Program-made: the position numbers and the translations under genes | Shown here: piece after piece, positions 10,160 to 19,361 of the stretch | Position numbering within the stretch: position 1 is the first letter of the stretch | Layout of the letters: each line of letters begins with the position of its first letter | The notes under the pieces: model-generated | Seen by the model: only the letters and a program-made list of their open reading frames with translations | What the model was told of the DNA's origin: nothing | Database searches by the model: none | From: Candidatus Moraniibacteriota bacterium | GTDB lineage: Bacteria > Patescibacteriota > Minisyncoccia > Moranbacterales > UBA1568 | DNA length: 64,000 nt | Direction: 5' to 3' | Assembly: GCA_963743885.1 (NCBI GenBank) | Contig: CAVURJ010000001.1 | Span: 438,321 to 502,320 of the forward strand

Positions 10160-10183
10160 CCAGCCTGTAATGGGCTGGTTTTT
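10160..10183 (+). terminator. rho-independent terminator-like hairpin (CCAGCC-TGTAAT-GGGCTGG plus T5)
   Basis: Perfect 6-7 bp stem followed by TTTTT immediately after the first 58-bp direct-repeat copy. Confidence 0.5.
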
Positions 10184-10235
10184 GCTATGGAAAGGGTATA
10201 TAATCAGGCCAGATATTAATTCGATAGCGACTATT

Positions 10236-11012
10236 ATGAGGAACTGCGAGAAGTGCGGAGCTGCCAATGAGGCAGATGTTCGTTTTTGTGTTAATTGCGG
10301 GAATAGGCTTACGGACAATCCTGCTCCTATTGCACCGAGACCAGTTGCGCATATGGATATGCCTGCTCCGAAAGCGGTATCTCCGGCTCAGCACAAAGCA
10401 CCTGGGAACCAATATTGCGAGAAGTGTGGAGCTGCCAATGAGATGGACGTCCGTTTTTGCGTGAATTGCGGGAGCGCTATGGCATCGGTTGGAAATCCTA
10501 GTTTTTCGAATGGACAAGGGAGCATGAATAGGATGTATCAGTCGGCGCAGCCGATAGCGGATCGATATGTGTCCGATGAAGAGATGGTGCACCTTCGATC
10601 CGTACCGAACCCAGTGATGGTGATCTGGGAGAGTCTCCTGTTTCCGGAAAAAATGATCGCTATCGGGGCAATCCTGAATTGTCTGGTAGCCCTCTTCTGG
10701 GTGGCTGATGAGTACCTGTCCGTGTTTATGGCTATCCTCTACTTCGCTACCATGGCGGCCTCCCTGGTGCTGATCCATCTTTCAAGGGGGATCTCTCTGT
10801 TGAAGAAAGCCGAACTGTCTCGCTGGCAGGTTGCTATTGGCGCCTTCTGGCTATCTTGGCTGCTGAATATCGTCTTTAGGGGTACCGAGTATTATGGTGA
10901 TGTGTATGCTCTTTTCGTCTTCAATGCCATCACTTCCATCGCCATGTTTTCCGGGGCGATTATGTTGCAGGGGACGATACTGCAGCATATCTTCCAGCAG
11001 AAGAATAAATAA
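10236..11012 (+). CDS. double zinc-ribbon membrane protein (two CxxCG...CxxCG modules plus multiple TM helices)
   Basis: MRNCEKCGAANEADVRFCVNCG and CEKCGAANEMDVRFCVNCG; C-terminal half hydrophobic. Confidence 0.6.
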   Translation: MRNCEKCGAANEADVRFCVNCGNRLTDNPAPIAPRPVAHMDMPAPKAVSPAQHKAPGNQYCEKCGAANEMDVRFCVNCGSAMASVGNPSFSNGQGSMNRMYQSAQPIADRYVSDEEMVHLRSVPNPVMVIWESLLFPEKMIAIGAILNCLVALFWVADEYLSVFMAILYFATMAASLVLIHLSRGISLLKKAELSRWQVAIGAFWLSWLLNIVFRGTEYYGDVYALFVFNAITSIAMFSGAIMLQGTILQHIFQQKNK

Positions 11013-11022
11013 TTTTAAAACT

Positions 11023-12315
11023 ATGTTCTGCTCGAGCTGTGGTACGGAAAATTCAGGGGGAGCGAACTTCTGCAAGAATTGCGGAGTGCCTATTAGTGGC
11101 AACCAACTCGAAGATTTTCCCCTCATAAAGGAAAATCCGCTTTTTAAAAATAAGAAAAAAAGCGCAGGTCTTTTAGTTTTAGCCGTGTTTGTTTGTGGTG
11201 GCGCTTTGTTTAGTTATGACTATTATGATAAAAATCATTCTTATGTCAGATATACCGATTCTGCGACAGATAATACACCTTCTGCAAAAGCTACAATTCC
11301 AGCATCTGATGATAACTTCACAATAGACAAAAATGGCACGCTGACAAAATACATTGGATCTGACAGAAATGTTGTTATTCCTGATGGAGTGAAAAGTATT
11401 GGCAGCAATGCGTTTATCGGAATAGTAACGAATATCGGTAGTGATGGGAAGTTTACTGTTGGAGGTGACAACATTACCAGTGTTGTCATTCCAAATAGCG
11501 TCACAAGCATCGCAAGCGAAGCATTTTCCAATGGATGCAGAGAGATCAAGGAAATAGTCATTCCAAATAGCGTCACAAGTATCGGGGATGAGGCCTTCAG
11601 TCCTTGCAGATCGCTTGTCAGACTGACTTTGCCAAAAACTATTGCAAGTGTCGGGAATAAAGTTTTTGCAAATTCATTATTAAAAGAACCGGTAATTTTA
11701 AATAATGGCAAAAGACTTGTCTATGCTCCGCATTTTGATGAATCATATGTCATACCGGACGGAGTGGAGGATATTTCCGGAGCATTTGCAACTTATGTAG
11801 TTGGCGGTGGAAATCTTTCAAACATAACGATTCCGAATAGCGTCAAGACTATCGGCGATTCTGCTTTTAGTGGCTGTTATGGACTCACAGATATATCAAT
11901 ACCAAATTCAGTCAAGACTATCGGCGCTAGCGTTTTTTATGATACGCATATCACCAATTTGGTTTTTCCGGATAGTATCATTAGTTTGGGAAAAAATGTA
12001 TTGGGATGTGAAATCTCCGGCGGCGGCAGTGATATCACAGGCTTGACGATTCCAGGAAGCATCAAAAATATCGAAGAATCAACATTTAGCAATTGTTCGA
12101 ATCTCAAACGAGTAATCATATCTGACGGAGTGAAAAGTATCGGAGAGAGTGCTTTTTTTATGGGAGGCCTCACTAGTATTACAATTCCAAAAAGCGTAAC
12201 TGATATTCATTATAATGCGTTTGGAAAAAACAAAAAACTTGAAATAAGCGGTTATAAAAATTCCTATGCCGAAGAATTTGCTAAGACTTATGGGCATCCC
12301 TTTAGCGCTTTATAA
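11023..12315 (+). CDS. zinc-ribbon-anchored surface protein with BspA-type leucine-rich repeats
   Basis: N-terminus MFCSSCGTENSGGANFCKNCG then a TM helix; repeated IPNSVTSIG/IPNSVKTIG...AF..C..L units typical of BspA-like LRRs. Confidence 0.65.
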   Translation: MFCSSCGTENSGGANFCKNCGVPISGNQLEDFPLIKENPLFKNKKKSAGLLVLAVFVCGGALFSYDYYDKNHSYVRYTDSATDNTPSAKATIPASDDNFTIDKNGTLTKYIGSDRNVVIPDGVKSIGSNAFIGIVTNIGSDGKFTVGGDNITSVVIPNSVTSIASEAFSNGCREIKEIVIPNSVTSIGDEAFSPCRSLVRLTLPKTIASVGNKVFANSLLKEPVILNNGKRLVYAPHFDESYVIPDGVEDISGAFATYVVGGGNLSNITIPNSVKTIGDSAFSGCYGLTDISIPNSVKTIGASVFYDTHITNLVFPDSIISLGKNVLGCEISGGGSDITGLTIPGSIKNIEESTFSNCSNLKRVIISDGVKSIGESAFFMGGLTSITIPKSVTDIHYNAFGKNKKLEISGYKNSYAEEFAKTYGHPFSAL

Positions 12316-12343
12316 GTAAATTTTATAAATATTAATAAAAATT

Positions 12344-14848
12344 ATGTATTGTAAAAATTGTGGCGCTCAAAATTCAGATTCTGCGAAGTTTTGCAAGAGT
12401 TGCGGAGAAAATCTTTTTCAGGTTCGAAATAAAGTTCCTCAAGTAAAACAAAAAAAAATAGTTCCGCAAGAAGTAAAAAAATGGAATTGGGGCGCATTTA
12501 TTTTTGGATGGATATGGTGCGTAGGTCATAAGCAATGGTTGTTGGCTATTGCAAGTTTGTTTCTTACGGCAGTTATTTTTGTCGCGTCTTTTTTTATTGG
12601 CAATATAATTCGTTCTGTTGTTTTTTTTATTCCTGCTACTAAAGACAACTTGATTATTAGTGGCATATTTAGCTTTTTGATTCCGCTCCTTATATTTATT
12701 TCTGCCTTTATTGCTAAAGCTGTTTTTTGGGGAAAAAGAGGTAATGAGTGGGCTTGGATGAAAGGAAAATATGAAACTCCTCAGCAACTTTTTGCAAAAG
12801 AGAGGAAATGGAGAAATTGGGCGATTGGATTGCCTGTTTTCTCCATGCTATTTGTCGCGTTGACTACTGGTGGATTGCATTGGTTTGCTTTGTATCAAGA
12901 AAGTCATTATACACCTGTTGAGGCTTCTTTTGTTAAGATTTATGACGGCTTTGGAATTGGAGCGGATGGGGGTTCCCTTTGGGCGTGGGGAAATAACGAT
13001 AATGGAGAGCTTGGCGATGGCACAACAACAAACAGAAAGACGCCCAAGCAAATCATAACAAGTGGTGTAAAAGAAGTGGTAAAAACATGTAATTCTGGCT
13101 GTAGCGTCTTTGTAATAAAAACGGATGGTAGTCTTTGGGGTTGGGGGGATAATAGTGGTAGTTTGTTGGGTGATGGATCATCAGGTGATAAGAATAATTC
13201 ATTGATACCTAAGCAAATAATTTCAAGCGGGATAAAGCAAGTAGAGGTTTATTCAACTTATTATGGTTATCCTGGTGGGTGGGCATTTGTTGTGAAAACG
13301 GATGGCAGTCTTTGGGGTTGGGGGGATAATTCCAATGGAGAGCTTGGCGACGGAACCACAATAGCGCACATTTATACGCCTAAGCAAATAATAGCCGAGG
13401 ACGTATCAGTAGTTAAAATAAGTGGTGACAATACCTTTATTCTGAAAACAGACGGTTCTCTTTGGGGTTGGGGAAAAAATTATGGCTTGCTCGGCGATGG
13501 GAGTAAAAAAATAGTTTATACCCCTAAGAAAATAATTGATAGTGGAGTAAAAAAAATAGTTTCGGGTGATAAAGATATTTTTGTCATAAAAACAGACGGT
13601 TCTCTTTGGGGATGGGGAGAAAATAAATATGGCCAGCTTGGCAAAGTTTCAGATACTTCCAAGCCAACGCAAATAATTGCTAGTGGGGTAAAAGAGGCGG
13701 TTAGCAATTATGGCACTGTCTTTGTCATAAAAACAGACGGTTCGCTTTGGGGGTGGGGCTGCAACAGTTCGGGTCAACTTGGCGATGGAGCCAAGGTGGA
13801 CATCTCTACTCCAAAACAAATAATTGAAACCGGCGTGGCGGATATTGCATTAAATTATAGCAGTACCTTTGCTATAAAAACAGATAGCAGTCTCTGGGGG
13901 TGGGGAGGAAACGCCTATATTGGACTTGGTATTGGTGATGGAACTATGCAGGAAAGTTTCATACCGATACAAATAATTTCAAATGGGGTGATTGATATAA
14001 ATACAAGTAACGGATCTGTGTTTGCTCTGAAAAAAGATGGCTCTCTTTGGTCGTGGGGGTATAATGGTAGCGGATCATCTTGGTTGTACTGGCCTTGGGG
14101 AGGTGGTGGTCATCTTGGCGATGGAACAGCAATAAACAGAAATACTCCAAAGCAAATAACCACGGGTAGCGGTTTGAATCTCTCATTGGCGGCATCATTG
14201 GAACAATCGGCAGCAACACCCGTAAAAGAAATACCTGCGGATGATTTTGTTTGTGGAACGTCGCAAGTCAAGGACGCTGATGATAACGGATATAAGACCA
14301 TTAAAGTGGGGAGCCAATGCTGGATGGCATCTAATATGAAAGTCGGAAAGAAGATCAATGGCACGAAAGATCAGGCTAACAATGGAAAGATTGAAAGGTG
14401 GTGTTATGATGATAAAAGCGATAATTGTAAGAATGATGGCGGACTTTATTCTTGGGATGAAGCGATGCAATATTCCGCTCAGGCTCAGGGAATCTGTCCG
14501 ACCGGATGGCACATCCCTACTAATACCGATTGGTATGCACTGGAAAATTATTTGAAAGATCCCGGAAAGACCTGTGATGCTTCTCGAAGTAGCGCCGACT
14601 GTGCCGGTGCTGGAACAAAACTTATGAGTGACGGATCATCTAGAATGGATTTCCCCCTAGCTGGAGGCCGAGTTTATGTCAATGGATCGTTCTTTGGTCG
14701 GGGCACAGATGCATCTTTATGGTCTTCTACCGCCGAGGCCTCCACGTCGAATGCGTGGGGCAGATTCTTGGATTCTGGTAAATCCACGGTCAATAGTGGG
14801 ACGAGTATCAAGGCAAATGGCAATTCAGTACGATGCGTAAAAAACTAG
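12344..14848 (+). CDS. zinc-ribbon-anchored membrane protein with RCC1-like beta-propeller repeats and a C-terminal Fibrobacter-succinogenes-major-paralogous (Fib_succ_major) domain
   Basis: MYCKNCGAQNSDSAKFCKSCG; about 10 repeats of IKTDGSLWGWG.N..G.LGDG; C-terminal ...KVGSQCWMASNM...GGLYSWDEAM...CPTGWHIPT...NSVRCVKN. Confidence 0.7.
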   Translation: MYCKNCGAQNSDSAKFCKSCGENLFQVRNKVPQVKQKKIVPQEVKKWNWGAFIFGWIWCVGHKQWLLAIASLFLTAVIFVASFFIGNIIRSVVFFIPATKDNLIISGIFSFLIPLLIFISAFIAKAVFWGKRGNEWAWMKGKYETPQQLFAKERKWRNWAIGLPVFSMLFVALTTGGLHWFALYQESHYTPVEASFVKIYDGFGIGADGGSLWAWGNNDNGELGDGTTTNRKTPKQIITSGVKEVVKTCNSGCSVFVIKTDGSLWGWGDNSGSLLGDGSSGDKNNSLIPKQIISSGIKQVEVYSTYYGYPGGWAFVVKTDGSLWGWGDNSNGELGDGTTIAHIYTPKQIIAEDVSVVKISGDNTFILKTDGSLWGWGKNYGLLGDGSKKIVYTPKKIIDSGVKKIVSGDKDIFVIKTDGSLWGWGENKYGQLGKVSDTSKPTQIIASGVKEAVSNYGTVFVIKTDGSLWGWGCNSSGQLGDGAKVDISTPKQIIETGVADIALNYSSTFAIKTDSSLWGWGGNAYIGLGIGDGTMQESFIPIQIISNGVIDINTSNGSVFALKKDGSLWSWGYNGSGSSWLYWPWGGGGHLGDGTAINRNTPKQITTGSGLNLSLAASLEQSAATPVKEIPADDFVCGTSQVKDADDNGYKTIKVGSQCWMASNMKVGKKINGTKDQANNGKIERWCYDDKSDNCKNDGGLYSWDEAMQYSAQAQGICPTGWHIPTNTDWYALENYLKDPGKTCDASRSSADCAGAGTKLMSDGSSRMDFPLAGGRVYVNGSFFGRGTDASLWSSTAEASTSNAWGRFLDSGKSTVNSGTSIKANGNSVRCVKN

Positions 14849-14851
14849 CAT

Positions 14852-15040
14852 ATGTTTTGTAAGAATTGCGGCATAGAAAACATGGAGGTAGCTAGGTTTT
14901 GCAAGAATTGTGGGACCGTTTTGAATGACATTGGATCAACCAAATGTGTAGCAAAGCCATCGGATCAAACCTTGGGATGGAGTGGATGGATAGGCCTGAT
15001 CCTTTTTCTCGCAGTATTTATATTGCGGTTTATTATGTAA
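14852..15040 (+). CDS. small zinc-ribbon membrane protein
   Basis: MFCKNCGIENMEVARFCKNCG plus a C-terminal TM helix; 62 aa. Confidence 0.5.
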   Translation: MFCKNCGIENMEVARFCKNCGTVLNDIGSTKCVAKPSDQTLGWSGWIGLILFLAVFILRFIM

Positions 15041-15106
15041 TCGGTGATGACTTTGTCTATATTGGTTCGAAAATCAAGGTTGATGAATAAATTTAATTAG
15101 AAGCCT

Positions 15107-15850
15107 ATGCTCTGTCAAAATTGCGGAAGCGAAAACTCAAACGAAGCAAAGTTCTGCAAGAATTGCGGCAAGGTTTTGACGGGAAAAAAAAGCCTGTCGG
15201 ATAGAGCTTCTGAATTCATCAAAACTCCCACGGGGAAATTTACGGTAGGGATATTGGTTGTCTTTGTAGTTGGCGGAGTAGTTGCAAGAGGGTTATCCAA
15301 GAGCAAACAGATCGAAACTTCGGCAATTAGCGCCTCTGCCCAGCAAGAGCAACAAATTACGGATCCTCTGAGTGAAATTGTCGCTAACCCTTCTGATGAT
15401 AATGCACTGGCTGAACAAAAAAATAATAAAACAAAAAAATCTAAAAGTGATTCAAAAAATCCCGATATATACATAGATCCTGGCACGGGGGAGAAGGTAG
15501 TTACAATACCTGGGAAAACACCGGAGAACACTAATGGGCACAATATAACGATGCTTGGATTCGCTCATTTAGTGAATGATTATGGCATGACATTCGAACA
15601 AGTGAAGAAACTCCAATCGGAGTTTGAGGACTATTCTTCAAAAAAAGATGCTTCATTCCATGAACTTAGCCTAACTTTAAAAGAAATAAGAACAACTGTA
15701 GATTCATCCAATGGTACTGCAGAGTTGAGTATACCAATAGTACTTGATCGTAAAGAAAAAGAAATTGCAAAAGTTTCTTATTTTGGTATAGATAATCCAA
15801 CGCTTACTATTTATAATTCTGACGATGTTCAGGTGTATAGTTCTAAATAA
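15107..15850 (+). CDS. zinc-ribbon-anchored membrane protein
   Basis: MLCQNCGSENSNEAKFCKNCG plus TM; the 5' about 75 nt are near-identical to the gene at 15895. Confidence 0.6.
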   Translation: MLCQNCGSENSNEAKFCKNCGKVLTGKKSLSDRASEFIKTPTGKFTVGILVVFVVGGVVARGLSKSKQIETSAISASAQQEQQITDPLSEIVANPSDDNALAEQKNNKTKKSKSDSKNPDIYIDPGTGEKVVTIPGKTPENTNGHNITMLGFAHLVNDYGMTFEQVKKLQSEFEDYSSKKDASFHELSLTLKEIRTTVDSSNGTAELSIPIVLDRKEKEIAKVSYFGIDNPTLTIYNSDDVQVYSSK

Positions 15851-15894
15851 TTTAAGATGCTATTAGTAAGTTGGTGGTGTTTAATCTGAGGCCT

Positions 15895-16827
15895 ATGCTC
15901 TGTCAAAATTGCGGAAGCGAAAACTCGAATGAGGCCAAGTTCTGCAAGAATTGCGGAAATCAATTTGGTAATGAGCAATTAAAAAATATCACACAGAAAA
16001 CAAGCGTGTTTTTTAAGAACGATAAAAAAATCGTTATTTGGATATTGGTTATTGTTGGCTTGTTTTTGGCTGCTGGAATCAGTTGGGGTATGTTCTTAAC
16101 ATCTCGTTCTAATTCAAATAATTCAATTGTCACAAATTTATTTGATTCACAAAAAGATACAAACACTGAAACCTTTTTTGAAAAAGCCTCTGAACTAACA
16201 AATTTGTTTAGTACCTGCGCAACAATGACATCAGGTCAAAGCTGTACTTTTGGTGGTCTCACTTATGGTGCAGTCAAGGCGGAAGACGGGAGAATATGGT
16301 TGGACAGAAATCTTGGTGCAACACGAGTGGCCAAAAAATCTGAAGATAAAGAGGCGTATGGTTGGTATTTTCAATGGGGGCGTGCTGCTGATGGTCATCA
16401 GATTCCAACAAGCGGAGCCACGGATAAGCTTAGCACAACCGATACCCCGAATCACGACAAGTTTATTGAGAGTGGCTATCCTTATAATTGGCGCAGTACG
16501 GAGAATGATAATCTTTGGCAAGAAGTAGGTGGGATTAATAATCCATGCCCTGGAGGATGGCGGGTACCAACAGCAAGCGAATGTAAAAAATTATTTTCCT
16601 CTGCTAATATTACCAACTCTTCAACAGCCTTCAGCTCATCATTGAAATTACCTTGGGCTGGATTCCGTGTATTTGCTGATATGTTTTATTATAGTTTTGG
16701 CGGATTCTGGTCTAGTAATTTTTCTGGTGACCAGGCTTACGTTGCGGGCTTTGATTTATCCAAGGCAGCTTATGATAGCCGCCAATGGCCCGTCAGAGGG
16801 TGGCCAGTTCGTTGTATTAAGGACTAA
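15895..16827 (+). CDS. zinc-ribbon-anchored membrane protein with a Fib_succ_major ectodomain
   Basis: MLCQNCGSENSNEAKFCKNCG plus TM; C-terminal ...GRIWLDRNLGA...PCPGGWRVPT...WPVRCIKD. Confidence 0.65.
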   Translation: MLCQNCGSENSNEAKFCKNCGNQFGNEQLKNITQKTSVFFKNDKKIVIWILVIVGLFLAAGISWGMFLTSRSNSNNSIVTNLFDSQKDTNTETFFEKASELTNLFSTCATMTSGQSCTFGGLTYGAVKAEDGRIWLDRNLGATRVAKKSEDKEAYGWYFQWGRAADGHQIPTSGATDKLSTTDTPNHDKFIESGYPYNWRSTENDNLWQEVGGINNPCPGGWRVPTASECKKLFSSANITNSSTAFSSSLKLPWAGFRVFADMFYYSFGGFWSSNFSGDQAYVAGFDLSKAAYDSRQWPVRGWPVRCIKD

Positions 16828-16876
16828 CCGCAAAAGATTTATCTGCCGCAAGGTAGATTTCGATTCTATATTGTTT
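16819..16876. repeat. 58-bp direct repeat, copy 2; overlaps the last codons of gene 15895..16827 and marks the low-GC/high-GC boundary
   Basis: 57/58 identity with 10095-10152; followed by nested palindromes at 16882-16925 and a perfect 18-bp palindrome at 16970-16987. Confidence 0.85.
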
Positions 16877-16938
16877 ACCCAGTGAAATTACTCATTTGAT
16901 GAGTACTCGTGTAACGAGATTTCACAGGGTTCAGAAAG

Positions 16939-16960
16939 CACTCCGAATGGAGTGTTTTTT
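16939..16960 (+). terminator. terminator-like hairpin CACTCC-GAAT-GGAGTG plus T6
   Basis: Stem-loop followed by TTTTTT just past the island boundary. Confidence 0.45.
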
Positions 16961-17058
16961 GTTTGACCACGTCGTTCGCGAACGACGATGGTTGACTTCC
17001 GGGCTATTTCCCGCTAGACTCTGGGCGCGAGATTCGTTCGTTCCAAAAGGAGGCAACA

Positions 17059-17478
17059 ATGAGCGATAAGGTGAAGTTTTCCGATCTTCCGTTTCCTGGC
17101 ATACCGAAAGGCGATCCGTGCCATTTCCGGCTCGAGGTCACGGGCAAGGATGGACAGCGGCTCGTCCATGATTTCCTCATCAATCCGGCGGATGGCTGCG
17201 TTTGGGGTGAGGCCAAGGAACTCGGTCGTGGGCTCCAGGGGCTTCTCAAGGGCATCAAGTGGGGAGATGATCCCAAAACGGTCTTTAATCGGGATGTCAT
17301 TTATGCGCTGACTTCGATGGAGAAAGCCCTTAGCCGCGACTCCAGCATGGTGGTCAGGGATCGGGCTCGGGGGTTGGGCGCGACGTTCACTTCCATCAAG
17401 GTGTCTGGTTCCCGCGATTGTGGGCGGCTCATGAAGGCGCTCAAGGGCGTCTCGAAGGAGCTTTTGCGCCGCAAGTGA
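17059..17478 (+). CDS. hypothetical protein
   Basis: AAAGGAGG 6 nt upstream of the ATG; 139 aa. Confidence 0.55.
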   Translation: MSDKVKFSDLPFPGIPKGDPCHFRLEVTGKDGQRLVHDFLINPADGCVWGEAKELGRGLQGLLKGIKWGDDPKTVFNRDVIYALTSMEKALSRDSSMVVRDRARGLGATFTSIKVSGSRDCGRLMKALKGVSKELLRRK

Positions 17479-17548
17479 AGAGACGATGAACATCGACAAG
17501 TCGGTCCGTTTCCTGAATGGGGAGCGGACCTTTTTCTTTCCAAAGAAA

Positions 17549-17600
17549 AAGCCGCCCGGTTCCTAGTGGAAGGGGCGGCGTGCTCCGCGTTGCGGAGGCT
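17549..17600 (-). terminator. bipartite two-hairpin terminator module (copy 1) serving the minus-strand gene 17604..18047
   Basis: GCCGCCCGGTTCCTAGTGGAAGGGGCGGC plus CTCCGCGTTGCGGAG; on the minus strand followed by T-run; near-identical copy at 18166-18217. Confidence 0.55.
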
Positions 17601-17603
17601 TGA

Positions 17604-18047
17604 CTACTTGGAGGCGTCGTACCGGTTGATTGGCACGTCCTGGCCGGTATCGGAGCTGAAGAGGATGATCGGACCGCTGAATGTGGCCGTCGAGGCGTAG
17701 TCACCGTTGTGGTTAGTGATCTTGTCGTCACTCCATCCGAACGTGAGGTTCGAGGCCTCATTCTTCATCTCGACCCACGGGTTGAGTTTGGTGCGGCGCG
17801 TGCCATCGGTACTGGTTTCTTCTGAACACAGATGTCCTTGCTTGGAGCATCGCTCCCAGAAGTCGAGCTTCACGCCTCCAATCTGCTGTTCGTAGAGCTT
17901 CAGCTGTTCCGCTCGTTCTGTTTTGCGGTGTTCGCGGAGCATCTTGCCGACGTCGATGCCGTTGGAGAACATGATGATGGTCACAAGACTGATACCGATG
18001 ATGAACACCGAAAGGATGACCCAAGCGGTTTGTTTGAATGCATGCAT
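17604..18047 (-). CDS. membrane-anchored hypothetical protein
   Basis: GGAGG 6 nt upstream of the ATG on the minus strand; N-terminal TM helix. Confidence 0.6.
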   Translation of the reverse strand: MHAFKQTAWVILSVFIIGISLVTIIMFSNGIDVGKMLREHRKTERAEQLKLYEQQIGGVKLDFWERCSKQGHLCSEETSTDGTRRTKLNPWVEMKNEASNLTFGWSDDKITNHNGDYASTATFSGPIILFSSDTGQDVPINRYDASK

Positions 18048-18165
18048 GGCGAACCTCCAAATGGAAAAGGACTGCGGATAAAAACCTATTTACAACCATA
18101 ACCGTACATTATACACCTTTTTTAGTGTTCTGTCAATCATGAAAAAGAGCTTAGGAAAAAGAAAA

Positions 18166-18217
18166 GCCGCCCGGTTCCTAGTGGATGGGCGGCGTGCTCC
18201 GTGTTGCGGAGTCAGAC
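18166..18217 (-). terminator. bipartite two-hairpin terminator module (copy 2) after gene 18250..18517
   Basis: Same hairpin sequence as 17549-17600 with 2 substitutions. Confidence 0.55.
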
Positions 18218-18249
18218 GCGATGGAGTCTGTCGGTGGACGTCATTCAGA

Positions 18250-18517
18250 TCATGAAAGATCGGTATCTTGAGGGGCGGGGCAGTTTGCGAGCTCTTGGCA
18301 CCGGGACGACGACCTGTGGAATCCTCGGATCCAGAGCTGTTCTCGCGAGTTCCCGCTCGTACCGTTTGAGTGCGACATAGTTCGCGGATGACTCGATGAT
18401 ATCGAGGCCGGCGGCTGTAGCGACGATGAAGATCGCGATGATGGTGAGACCGATCGGGGCGAACAGCTTTCCGGAGGATTTCCAGAGGATCCGTATGATG
18501 ACGTGGGGGCGTAACAT
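18250..18517 (-). CDS. small membrane protein, hypothetical
   Basis: AGGGAGGG 8 nt upstream of the ATG (minus strand); overlapping longer ORFs in other frames lack RBS. Confidence 0.5.
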
Positions 18518-18667
18518 GGTATGATCCCTCCCTTTGAAAAGGACTGCAGCAAGCTTTCTGCTTTTGTATACTCCCTTGCTGGCCGGCTGTCAAATGCGCT
18601 CCAGATTGACTGATGGCCATATTCCTGCGATACTCTATGGAAGTTCTTTTCTATAAGGAGTGGCGCC

Positions 18668-19243
18668 ATGGTACGCATGATTGCAGCAGCAGGGCTGTTT
18701 ATGTTCGTCGGTCTGCTCGGGTATCTGCTGAAGAGAAGGTTCGATCAGCCGTTTGAGATTGAACGCAAGTTCCTGGTCAAGGATTTTTCGTTCACGATGA
18801 TTCCGGACGATGCGATGTCGGATGTGAGGGTGGCGGATATCTTTCAGGACTATCTTGTTTCGAAACCTGGTGTGACGCGCCGGGTACGCCAGTCGACGAC
18901 TGATGGCGAGACGACCTATACGTACACTGAGAAGCGGCCGACCTGGAGGAGGGGAACCTGCTACGAGAAGGAGCGGGAGATCTCTGAAACGGAATACCGC
19001 GCGCTGCTCGTCGAACGTGATCCGACCACGCGGACAATCCACAAGATGCGGTATACGTTCTGGTATCGCGGGCACTGGCTGGAGCTCGATGTCTTCGCAA
19101 GCCTGTCGGACTATCCGGATCTCGTGATGCTCGAAGCCGAGCTCAAGAACATCGATGAGCCGCTCGAGCTACCGCCGTGGCTCCATCTTGAAGAAGTCAC
19201 TGACGATCCGCGCTACAAGAATCGCGCGCTCGCCGCGCTGTAA
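18668..19243 (+). CDS. CYTH-domain protein (triphosphate tunnel metalloenzyme / CyaB-ThTPase family) with an N-terminal TM helix
   Basis: Signature EIERKFLV near the N-terminus of the soluble domain; 191 aa. Confidence 0.65.
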   Translation: MVRMIAAAGLFMFVGLLGYLLKRRFDQPFEIERKFLVKDFSFTMIPDDAMSDVRVADIFQDYLVSKPGVTRRVRQSTTDGETTYTYTEKRPTWRRGTCYEKEREISETEYRALLVERDPTTRTIHKMRYTFWYRGHWLELDVFASLSDYPDLVMLEAELKNIDEPLELPPWLHLEEVTDDPRYKNRALAAL

Positions 19244-19361
19244 AAACGACGCCGGTATCATGGAAACATGGGCCGGCTTTTTCTTTTTTTGAAAAATAGG
19301 CAAATAAAAACCGCCCTTCGATGAACTCGGGGCGGCCGACACACTGATGATTCGATGATTC

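Noticed and set aside
9952-10170. 72-aa ORF (and 16667..16885) sharing the peptide NRKRFICRKVDFDSILF
   Set aside because: The shared peptide is simply the translation of the 58-bp direct repeat; neither ORF has an RBS or coherent upstream coding.
10170-16830. Diversity-generating retroelement acting on the Fib_succ_major/LRR paralogs
   Set aside because: No reverse-transcriptase ORF and no template/variable repeat pair with adenine-specific mismatches could be found in the window.
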